Assembly: GCA_051362555.1 (NCBI GenBank)
Contig: CM120643.1
Coordinates: 24,122,848-24,186,847 of the forward strand
Origin: Lingula anatina
Lineage: Eukaryota > Animalia > Brachiopoda
Length of the DNA stretch: 64,000 nt
Direction: 5' to 3'
In this document: positions 38,325 to 50,700 of the stretch, one piece after another
Numbering within the stretch: position 1 is the stretch's first letter
Layout: each line of letters starts with the position of its first letter
The notes under the pieces: generated by a model
What the model was told of the DNA's origin: nothing
The model's input: only the letters and a program-made list of their open reading frames with translations
Database searches by the model: none
Position numbers and translations under genes: made by a program

Positions 38325-41300
38325 TCATGCAGATTCCTGTTTCATCTTGTATGCATGCACGCTACCTTTCTCTGCGTACTTGTGATGGCCTTTATCTGCC
38401 CTCCTTTTCTTGAAGAACATTTTGTGATCATGGTCATGTTCTTGGTCGCTAAGGTGATCGTCGTCAGGGTCACCATATCCACCGCCACCTGGTGTTAACA
38501 GACGGAACCGATCCTACAGAAATCAAAGAGCATTGATTAATTGAGAGTGACAAGAAAAATGACTAATATAACTCAGTAACTATTTGTTCACATTGAAGTA
38601 ATGCATTATGAGTATTTGAAAATGTTAATGTCATTACCAAGAGATCAAAATAAATAGTTAGTGAGGCACTTCAAAAAACATTATGCTCATCTAAGGAGTT
38701 AATTGCAAAAATCCTCAGCTTCAAACACACTAAAATTGTGAGGGGGCTCATGTATCCTCTGTCTTGTGTTTCAAAAAATGTTCACTGCCCAGCTATAAAA
38801 AATCCGCAAATTATCCGAGAGAAAGCTGGACTGTGTAAGACTTAACTGCCAAGCAGGCACCCAATGTTTCTGAAAGTTACTGGACGTTTTCTATACTTTT
38901 CTATTCACAATCCTTACTAAAATACTTCTCTTCAAAAGAGGGGAGAGAGGAGAGGGAAAAAACCTTAAATTTCACAGTACTTGCACTTAAAACAGAGTAA
39001 AAATTTGTCAATGATAAATTTTTGATAATTATTTATCTCACTGAGTTTCACGCAGGGCAACCACTACAACCATGCCACCTACATCACCAAGATGTCACTC
39101 ACCCCTGCTGATACTGTTACTGAACACTTGGACCCCAGATTTACCACTCTGTCGTCTGCATGAATCAACAGATTTAATCCACGTTGTCCTGCTTCACCAC
39201 CTGTACATCATAAAAGAAAAAAGCTACAACTATAACAAAATATAGAAAGAGAGTCAAAATTTTAGTCTTTACTGACTCCCAGACTGAAAGACTGAAAAGT
39301 CAGGAAATGATATGGGCAGATGAAATCTGTTAAGATGAAATAAAAGCCCATGAAGACAGAATAAACTACTACCATATAAATATATATAACTTCATTACAA
39401 AAGTAACTTAAGGAATATCAAAGGATTAAAATAACTAACTGTTGTTGTCTTTGACTTAACACATACATACAATCATCAAATGCTGCTTAGCACTTTATTT
39501 TACATATATTAAAATGACAGCGACCATCAGAAAAAAGGTTAAGACTGTATGAACAGTGAAATGAAATCAAAGTCTACGACCCACTCAATGACATAATAGT
39601 GGGAAGTATAATAAGACTGAACAGACATCACACAATGATCCTCACCAAACAATCCATAGGGTCTGAACACCCTCCTCTCAGTGAGGATGCTGAGAGTTAA
39701 CCTCTTCCTAAACAAAAGCTCTCTCATCACACCATCTCCGCCACTGTACTTGCCACGACCACCACTGCCATGGTTAAGACTGAAGCAGTTCAACACTACA
39801 GGATACCTAGAACAGATAAATAATAAAGAATCCATAAAACACTCCAATATTCCATTACTGAACTTCCAGCAATGTTATCATAATAAAATGCATTGGGACT
39901 GATATCTATCTAAAAATCTGTCAGTCAAGGCTTTCCACAAAGAACCGTCCAGCTGTCATTTGGATGGCATATTTTGCCTCAAAGAGCAGCGTAAAAGGTT
40001 AGACAGCTTACATAATTTTTGGGAAATGACGGGTTGGTTGGTTGGTTGGTCTTGCTTGGGTTGAACTCCCTGTAAATATGATGACCAAATTATAAATTCA
40101 CATTCTGGACTCCCTGTACCCCAACTCCTGGGGAAAACCCCTGCTATCAGTAAAATCAAAACTTGAAGAACATTTTTTTCTACTTGCTCACTTTTCAAAA
40201 TCTAAATGTCAGAGTGAGAATTACCTTTTTTCCAATATTTCAGGATCTGTGATTCGTGTATTGGTCATGTGGGTGTGGACCCCTCCTCTGCCATGCCACC
40301 CTGGACCCTGAAAACATGGCCAAACAACAATTCATTTTATATTATGGCAGAAATGCTTTTTTTTTTCAACTTCAATATACCATCAATTCACAAGAGAACA
40401 AGTACACTATCTAGGTGGATGGATGGATGGATGGATAGGTGGATGGTTGGATTGATGGTTGGATGGATAGTTTATAAAAGAAATAACTCATTTAATGGAT
40501 GAACTTTTGAAATATTCTTCCTATGAATCTAAGAACCTCATCAAGACATCTATGCAAAATCTTATAATCCAGTACTAAAAACCATTAAGTAGTATATCAT
40601 ATCTAGCCCCTTAAAAGTTCTTTTAGAATTTTTTAACCACATGATTTGAAATTCTTTCTTTCAATAATGTTACTTCAGAATAACAGTAAAATACCAATAC
40701 TTACAGCTCCAGCCCCTCCAGCCACTGTCTCATAGTATCCTGAGTCTCCGTCTCCAAATGTCAGATTGTTCATGCTACCCTAAAATTTTATCCAAACAAG
40801 TCTAATATTAATCCACATGCAATGATGAAACTGCCATTAAGAGAAAAGTGAGAAAATATGGCATGGGTCTAGGTGGTTGCTAGGCCATTGATAGTTTGAG
40901 CTCCCAAAAAGTCAGAAATCTGCCAATAGTTGGAAAAATCTCATCTCTGTATATTTCTCCGTAATTATCTTAATGTGTATGAAGCCAAGCAACCACATTC
41001 TTTTTTGTTTTGTATGAAGTCTTTTACATTGCCTCATAGTTAAAAAAACATTTGGCATCTTCAGAATTTTTTTAGTTATGGCCACAGCATTACCTGAGAG
41101 GCAGCACAAACAGCGAAAGCCTTAAGTATGACATCAACCACTCTTTGTGATGTTTCCACGTTGCCCCCAACGACAGCCGCATCATTGGATGGATCAAGAA
41201 GACACCCTTTGGGGATCACAATCTGGATGGGATTCAAGCAGCCCTAAAAAGATAAGCAAAAATAACAGAATTATGTAGTCTCTAGTCCAGAAAAGATATT

Positions 41301-44300
41301 CGTTTAGTCTGCACCTTCAATTTTTTCAGGAAAATGGTCACTTTCACTTGCAGATAATAATAGTTTAAAAAATCAAAATATGAAAAGAAAAAAACTTAAT
41401 CTATAACATAAGGGGTAGATTGCTTGGGCTTGACCACTGTAAAAAATCTTTCATTTTTTTTTTTTAATATCAGACCAAATCTACTCCGGAATTGCACCTG
41501 GATTTGGGTGATAACACTGCAGGCTGTTTAATATATTATTTTATCCTAATTCATAAATGTAAAGCTCCAGCTCACCTGGTTCAGTGGCACATCATGGCCC
41601 ACCATACACCTTAGACAGTATATGATGGCAGAGAGAGTTATGGCACGGGGGGCGTTTGTGTTACCAAATATCTCATGACCTGTCCCAGTGAAGTCAAATA
41701 CTGCACTGCCCTGAGGTAAAAGGTAATCAAAAGTTGATATTTTATATATATTGTATATATTGTATATTATAATTGAAGACTTTCTCTAATAGTTTCTTCA
41801 CAGCAACAGTTAAAATAGAGTCTTTTCCACGAAATCGTGAGCATGCGCAGTTCGCGCCATTTTGTGCGGGACTGTTTCTCAGGGGGAAAGAGTAGAAGGG
41901 GCCTTCGGTACTTTTGTAGTATACCCCCCCCCCCTCACCCTGTAACTTTCTGTAACTTTCACTTTTCAAACAGTTTTTTACATTTTATTGTTTATCCATG
42001 TCAAAGCTGTTGAAATAAAATGCTCTTGTAATTACCTGTGGATTTTTTATTAGTGTTAATCACGTTTAATCCAGCCCATTGAAATACAAAGTTAGAATCT
42101 TCAATTTACACCCGCAGTCAATAACTTGCCGCATTTTCGTTGGCTAACCCTAAGGTAATTTTATGTGAACAAGTAGCTCATAATAATTTCACAGAGGAAA
42201 TCCAATTATACAATGTATCAATCCTATGTTCACATAAAATAAGGTAGAGTTAGGCAACAAAAACGCAGCAAGCTGCGGTTACATTGTAAATTTTCACATT
42301 GTATTTCGATGGGATGGATTAAACGTGATTAAAACTAATAAAAAGACCACAGGTAATTACAAAAACATTTTATTTCAACAGCTTTGACATAGGTGCAAAA
42401 GACACTGTAAAAAAATGTTTGAAAAATGAAGGTTTCAGGAAGTTACAGGGTGGGGGGTATACTACAAAAGTACCGAATGTCCTATCTTTGCTGTCGATGA
42501 GGTACGTTTTTAGTTCTTTCATTGAAAAGTCATCAGGCACTTCTGCTAAATTTCTATTCCAACTGCTCCCATGAATGTGTTTTCAAAAAAAAATCAGGTG
42601 TTAACATGTTACGAAACTTTGAAAATTCAGATTGAAATGAGCACTCCTCGATATGGCGTCCGTCGTGTACACTCCACACTTTCCCCCTGAAACTTCAAAT
42701 CCTGCAAAATCTCGCGTTCCCACGGATAATTTAGCGGAAGTCACGTGACCGTGGAAAAGACTCTATTTAGTTGTTTCCAATATTTTTTGTGTCTTTCTTG
42801 CAGTTGTCATCATCTTCAGCCTCATTTTTCTTAGCAAGCCATCAAAAATGTTCATTTTAACCTTTAAAAAACATAGCAAATATATAAAATAGTTTTAATT
42901 TGAGGCATATTTGATAGCAACATTATTTAACCACCTGTAACTCAGCTATTATTTTCCACCATTAATACACTAAGATTACCTGCAGTATGATATATTTACT
43001 TACCTCTTTCTCAGAGATCTCTACAGAAAGACGGATATTGCTGCCTGTGTCCATGAAATCCTCCGCCTGTAGCCTGGTGGTGCCCGTCCTCTCCTTGGTG
43101 GCTGCCGCGATCTCCTTCAGCATGTCTCTGACAGCCACCTCTGCATTGGTCTGGAGATATGTTACTTATGTTGACAAGTAAAAATATTTTCCCACATCCC
43201 ACAAACTTTTTCCACAAGTTATACGTATGATAAATAGACACTACTATCATTCCTGTTCATTTCAAACACATAATGGTGTTTTTTTATACGATATACTTAA
43301 ATCTGAATTACAATCTATTTTAAATTGGCGCTCTAAGTGACAACTTAATAATTTTAGGAACCCTTAAAAAAAAGCACAAAAATAACAGTGTCTAAATATC
43401 ATCATATTGGCATTTGCTATGTACATTTTCCATATCTTAAAGTAACATTACCTGAATGTGTGTCATGTAAGCTTGCACCACATCCAACCCATATTCCTCA
43501 ATTAAACCACAGATCAAATCAATACCCTAAAAGATAAGTAAAGCAGTGTATTAATCACATGAGCTGTGACCCTTAACATTCAGCTATTAATATACATGTA
43601 GTAACTGTTATCTTTTCAAATACTTGCAACATGTTCTTTGGTTATACACAATACAGACTAAAACTACACCTTACACAAATACTATAACAGACACTCTTAC
43701 ACAGGGCACATTAATAATACACAATATACTTAAGGATACAATATATGTAAAACATACAGCTGGGGTATTGACAGATTAGAATATCTATCAAGGTAGGATA
43801 GATATCTCCACATACATCTCACTGACCTTTCTACAAGCTGCCACTTGAGCTCTCAGATCACTGATGTTATCGTTGAGATTCCTTGTCCCGCTGCATCCTG
43901 GGTATTTTCTAGGTTCCATCAGGGCCTCTGTCAGTGCTGATGAAGAAAAATAATTACTGGTGCTCAACAGGTTAATACATAATTTATAATTTCATTCTTT
44001 TCTCCAAAAAACCTTTATATTTATATTTATATTATTGTGCTGAACTGACACAGGTTAATATATGATTTATCAGTTTATTTTTTTTCTAAAACACCTGCCA
44101 AAAAGCATCCATATTTATCCAGGTTGGTGAAATGTGAATGAAAAGATGATTATGCTTTGTGTTCTTTAAATTGTTTATAAATGATTTGAAAAAGTATTGA
44201 ATTATTAAGTACAGTTTGTACTGGCATTGTTTCTCTGAGTCAGCAACAGAGATACACAAACAAATTTAAAAAAATGGATCACACAACAATTTACATTGAA

Positions 44301-44612
44301 GTTCAGGAGGACAGTACCTTCTTCTTGAAACTTCCCTGCCTCGACCAGTTTGAATGATTTAAAAACTGCCCCCTCCTGCATAATGTGTGTGGAGTGTGGG
44401 GGCATCGACCCCGGGGTGTCACCCCCAATGTCGGCATGGTGACCCCTTGCTGCCACAAAGAACACTGGCTTCTCAATGCCTTTAAAGAACACCTAGAATA
44501 CAGGAGCAGAAAGAATTTGATTGGCACATTACATGGTTATTTGAATTGGTTGCACAGCAACAGATATTCATCAGCATACCGACACAATTTTCAATGACTC
44601 CAAGAAACGATA

Positions 44613-44703
<91 letters not shown>

Positions 44704-47700
44704 CTACTTCTACTTACTGGAGTGATAACAGTTAAGTCAGGCAAATGGCTTCCACCAGCACAGGGATGGTTGCTAAGGATGACATCACCTTCGTGGATAT
44801 CGGAACCCAGGGTCTTAATCTGCAGTTACAAATACTTGATAAAAAAACATTGATATTATTGACCTCTCTATTTATCTTATCATATTTATGCAGGGTGTGA
44901 AAAGATCAAAGTTTCATGTCACTGTAGAAAACTTAAACATGATATTGCCAAGATTCCATTTTAGACCATAAATCTGTGTAAAATAACACGACATGTCTGT
45001 AAGGAAATTCACAGCTGCCAAAAAACAAACTTTCATCCCAGCATGAATTAATTAACTTAAGAGGCCATTTTATCAAGCTAAGTTTGTATACTTTTGGTTG
45101 AACAGACTTTGCAAAAATCTAGATTCTTGCTTTTTATATATCAAGTATATGCTTAGATTTTCAACAATAAGATTAAAATTGGGACATTACATATTCTCAA
45201 ATAAACAGAATTAAGTCTACCTGGTATTGCACCGTCTCTTGCATGGCTCCCAGATGGACAGGAATATGAGGAGCATTAGCCACAAGACCTCCGTCTGGAC
45301 CAAACATTGCACAAGAGAAGTCTAACCGCTCCTGAAACATTATTTCAAATAACATTTTAGGCAATTCACATAGGAATTAACAATCAAAATATTATATGCA
45401 TTAAGATGTATTTCCCAGCCTAATTACAGACACACACATAAAATAAATCCCAAGTTCTCACAGATGTTTAAAAACACACACACTCACACTGTGACACATG
45501 CATGCAAACAAACACACACAAGCACAAAGATGAAGGACGGACAAGAACAAACACATATAAAACATAGGCAAATGCAAACATGCAGAAATTAATATACACA
45601 TTTGTTCTTACAAACATTTTATCAAGCAATTTATTTCATAGGCAATTAATTTGCTGACCTTTATGTTTGTAGAAATAGCTGTCCTTTGCAAGACTCTGAA
45701 ATATGAGATATCATAGTTTCAAGAAGGTACAGTCATGATTAAACAGTGACATTATCAGATATCCAACTGATAACAAAAAGACAAAGAACTGTTGTACTGT
45801 GAAATCTTTAATATTTTTCAATAGCTAAAAATATTAAAATTTGGCTTTCCGATTGCACTGCTATTTTATTATCTATTCTATTTAAAATGTTAACTTTTCA
45901 ATAAAGACATATTAAAAACTATTATATGATGTTTATATACCTTCCCATCTGTTCAGCAATACTCATAAACCTATGAGAGAAAATGGATAGCTGGATAGCA
46001 TTCAGCTCTGGGCCTACTTTATCAGTCTTAACATCTCCAATCTGGAATAGGAAAACAATTATTAATATATATAATAACTTTTTTTATTTTACACTATATG
46101 CCTATAGCTATTGTATAGAATATGCTTGTATTAAATATCCAAGACCATGATAGCAAAAGTGGATGAATCATTGGGAAAAGAGTTGAAATCAAGAAATTCT
46201 GTATATCAAAACCATTCCAAGCGAGAAACTTTTAAGCCTACTGTACCTTCGGGTAAAAGGGTCTATATGGAAAAAAATTCCTGGCCTAAAGCAAAAACAA
46301 ATAACTAAAAAAAATTGACAATATTTTACAGGCCCCAATTTACTTTTTAAAAGTGGTATTTGGCAAAGCACCAGTGCTGATGTAACAGACTCATCCTCCC
46401 CCCCCTTCCCCCTTGAGACTGTCAGGTACTTACATGTATCTTCACATCCCCATGTCTAGTTATGACAGCTTCACAGGCTGGCTCAATGAGAATAGTGCTG
46501 AAATGAGTTTATTAAATAAGGAATAGGCATCTGTGTATTTTATTTATTTTATTTATTATATTTATTCACAACAAAACATGCACTAATCCTAGTATGTATC
46601 CAAAATGTTCAACTTGTCTCATGTGTGTTATTAGTATAATTTTAATAGTTGGGATTTATTTTGTTTTTCTTTTTATTGACAAGCACTTTTACATTTAGCC
46701 AGTTTTTTTTTTTTTTTTCAGATTTTCAGAAAAAAAAATTGTATTAGTATATGAAGTATTCTATGTAAAAGCTATTTGTCAGTGACGCTTACAGATGAAA
46801 GCAATTTTCTAAGGTACATACTGCTAAATCAAATTATTGGTCTATTATCTGGCTTTCTGTTAACAATTACACAGGCGTATTGTTAAAACCTCCTTAAATC
46901 TTAATAAAAGTCCAAAGAATTCAATAAATATGATACCTGTTCCCATTCATAATGATAGCAGGCCCATGAATCTTGTGCCCTGCCTGTAATTCTTCCAGTA
47001 GATAGACACTTGTTTCCAGGTAGCCATCTTCAAAGTAGCATTTGGTTTTCTGGAAATGATGCATAAATGTGAATTGACTACTATGTTAGCAAGAAATACC
47101 CTTGATAAAGAAGGTTGGAAAAATGTCACCACCTATAACGCCATTCAATTATTTAAACAATTTATTTGATACTAGTACTTGTGAATATTTCTGACTCAGA
47201 GATAAAAATATAACCTGTCTCAATTTTTGTATTTATTAAACAAGAGCTCCCATTTTCTATATAAATATACTAAGTGTGTAAAAGTGGTGTCAAAGGAGTA
47301 CAGCTCTCTGACTGGTTCCCCAAACTCACAGTTTTATTGACTGGTTCCCCAGTAGCATGTGGGATGTCTGGCTGATCTAAGACTCCAGTAGACCCTACCC
47401 CTCTCACTCTGATGTCATCTACTATAATATCTCTCTCTGGGATGGTAAATCCAAACTCCCTCTGGTATCTAAAATTAAATTTTTGTTATATTAGGCAAAC
47501 TTATGATTGCTGTTTTGTGTTTATTGTCTGCCAAAGAGAAGCTTCAATATAAAAATTTTCAACAATTCTAAAACCATGGCTTATATATCTTTTTATATAT
47601 TACAATCTTGTTGACATTCTATTAACTAAATCCTACAACTTTATCAACTGAGCCCTTAATAAATAAAATAAGAGTTTTACTTCACTCGTTGCCTACTACA

Positions 47701-50700
47701 TTTACCTGGTATATCATCCTGATATCCATTTAAAATATCTATCAATGACGCAGATCCTCATTCACCCTGAGATTCAGAGGTCACTTGATATAACCTATTA
47801 TTAGCACACCTCTGTTTGCAACATGACTACCAGTACAGCACAGGTTTGAGTGACCTATGAAACTCAGGGTACACTTACCTACTTTCACAGTCAGTCAGTC
47901 TGGTATTTAGGCAGTCCCTTACCTGTCCAGGAAGGAGGCCCTGAAGTCCCCATGTTTGGAGGAGTCTCCTGTAGCTGGGTTGCCTCTCCCAGGGCACATG
48001 AGGGCACAGTCTGTACCTTTGTAGCGCAGATGGAGATAGGGCTCCAGGTGAATCTGGTCCCTGGGAGGGATGTTATATTTGATCAGAGTGCACTACAAAT
48101 TCAACTAAACATTTATTCTATTTTCTAAAAATTTTATTGTATTCATTTGCTATTATTGTTATTATTGTTACTGTTATTATTATTATTATTGATCTATTGA
48201 ATTATGAGATTATTACAGTTGTCTTATATTGAAATAATCCTTTCAAAAATGGTTTCTAAGGATATCAATCTATATTCTTTACAGTCAACTCATTCATCAA
48301 ATCATATTAAAATGGTTATCTTAATTTAATCTTTTAGTTTGACAAAATGCCATACAAAAATCCACAAAACTTATAAAAGAATTTCCATATGATAGTTATA
48401 AACATTCACTGTGATTGTGACAGATTATCATAATATGAAATGTCTTGCGTGACATACTTCTTAAATCCCTGTTCATGCAACTGTTGAAAGCAGTCCTTCT
48501 TCAACTCATCAATGCGCTCATCAATCCTTGAGGAAGAATCTAAGAGAGAGAAAAAAGAACAGCCTTGAATCTATTTGTAGTAATAATGCTGCTCCTTAAT
48601 AATAAAATACTGGAAATTAGATAGTCTACATTAAAAACTACAGTCATTGTGATAATATCTCACTGAAGATTTTATTATACGAGAAAGAAAATTTTAATTA
48701 TTATCAAAATAAATTGGTCAGATTTTTCTGCCTATATTACAAAACTGTCAGATAAATATAATTTTGCAAAAGCAAGAGTTTGCCAGTGTTTACCTGGTAA
48801 TAATACATGTCATCACCATTGTTACTTACCTTTACCATAGGTGGCAGCGCAAGGCTCTTGTGCTTCATGTACCACATCTGCCAGAGCCATGCCATAGGCT
48901 GACAATATACCGGCATATCTAAAACAATAGATACACAAATATATAATATTCTCCAAAAATGTTTTGTTACTTCACATGAATGTCATGTCTGGCATTTAGT
49001 TTTACATTCAGTTTTAAATCCCGTGTTCTATACATTTTACTCTGACTCATTTTTATATGATCCTGCACCAATACAGGAAAACAAATTTCAAAAAATGTCA
49101 GACCTATGTACAAATACAGTCTTCATCCCCAGTGACCGTGCTATGGAACATGCATGCTGGCCGCCCGCACCACCAAAACATGCCAGGACGTGACGAGATG
49201 TGTCGTAACCTCTGGCCTGAAAGATGGTAAAATATTTCATTCAAATGCCACAGCAAACAAGGAGAGTTGTCCTGCAGAACGATAGACTGTAAAATATAAA
49301 ATTCTTCATAAAATGTTCAATACAAGAAGTGGAGAAGTGGAGACTGATCTAAACTGCAAAATAAGAATGCTACATCATACGTTTTTGGATTTCAACCCAA
49401 ACTGAGTGTTGTCACCTTTGATTGAAGATAAAGGATCAAATAAGAAAACCACATTACTTTTAATCCCTCATCACTTCTTAGCTGGGCCTTCTTTATTTAA
49501 TCAAAAACTTTTCTGTATATTTAAGAAACCATTTTATTTTGACTATTCTTTTTCATAGAGTTTACAACATGTTTCCTACCTCAGTCAGAGCCCTGATTGG
49601 CCGACACATGGCTTCGTTGGCAACTCGGAGAAATCCCATGGCAACCTCCTCGATGCTCATGGCTTTGTTGTGTGCGTTATCTGGATTGCTGAGTAAGTAT
49701 TTATTTACCTGAAAAATAAATTTGCCATTAGATCAACACAATACAACTTCAACTCTTAAAAATAGAATAAATAATGTATCATAGAAATCAAATCATACCA
49801 TGTCTTGTTAACTATAGCAAGCAGTATTACATGAGTAACTGCAGAAAATAAATTGCAAAATTATAATACAGAGATGTAAGTAAGAAAATAATTCAGGTGC
49901 AAAAAAAAAGGACCTCAAAGTATAAATTTTCTAAATGTTTACATCATCTGTTTTATATGTAAATGTCAGCTGCAAAATTAAATCACTCATTAAATCACAT
50001 CAATAAGAAATTTTCTAGGAAAGAGACTCAAGCTCTTAAGACCATATTAGCATTAATTTCTGTTACTGACATAGTGTTTTAGGTTTGACATTGAAGAGAA
50101 TGCATGATACGTATATATGTTTATAAGCCATGACGGAGTTTACCTCTTTGGTCAGCTTTGTGAATGCTTTTACTGTGGCCTTTGTGTCCAAGGGGTCGTT
50201 TTCTGAGTCACCAAATATTTTAGGGAAGAAATCAGGCAGAAGTCTTCCCAGACAAAGGTTGGCATCAGTGATTGTCAGGGGTCCACCTGTAAAAGGAATG
50301 TGTATTCAGATGCTTGAATAATAGTAATAATTTTTCATTAAAGTGGACTATAGGTGAACAATTTTAAGTTAAAGTTAGCAAAAAGTTTTCACAAATTAAT
50401 GCCAATTTAAGATCTAGCAATCTATGGTGATATTAGTTATTACTTTTTTGTGATAATGTGATAGTTACCTTTTTTATAGCACACAGGCCCAGGGTGGGCA
50501 CCTGCAGACTCTGGACCCAGTGTGATAATTACCTTTTTTATAGCACACAGGCCCAGGGTGGGCACCTGCAGACTCTGGACCAACAACAAACATCCCTGAG
50601 CGGAAGAACAACATGGATCCACCTCCTGCTGCTACTGTGTTGATGTCAAGCTGAAGTGATGGACCAAAACAAATGGTAAGATTTTTTTCTTCTTGTTTAT

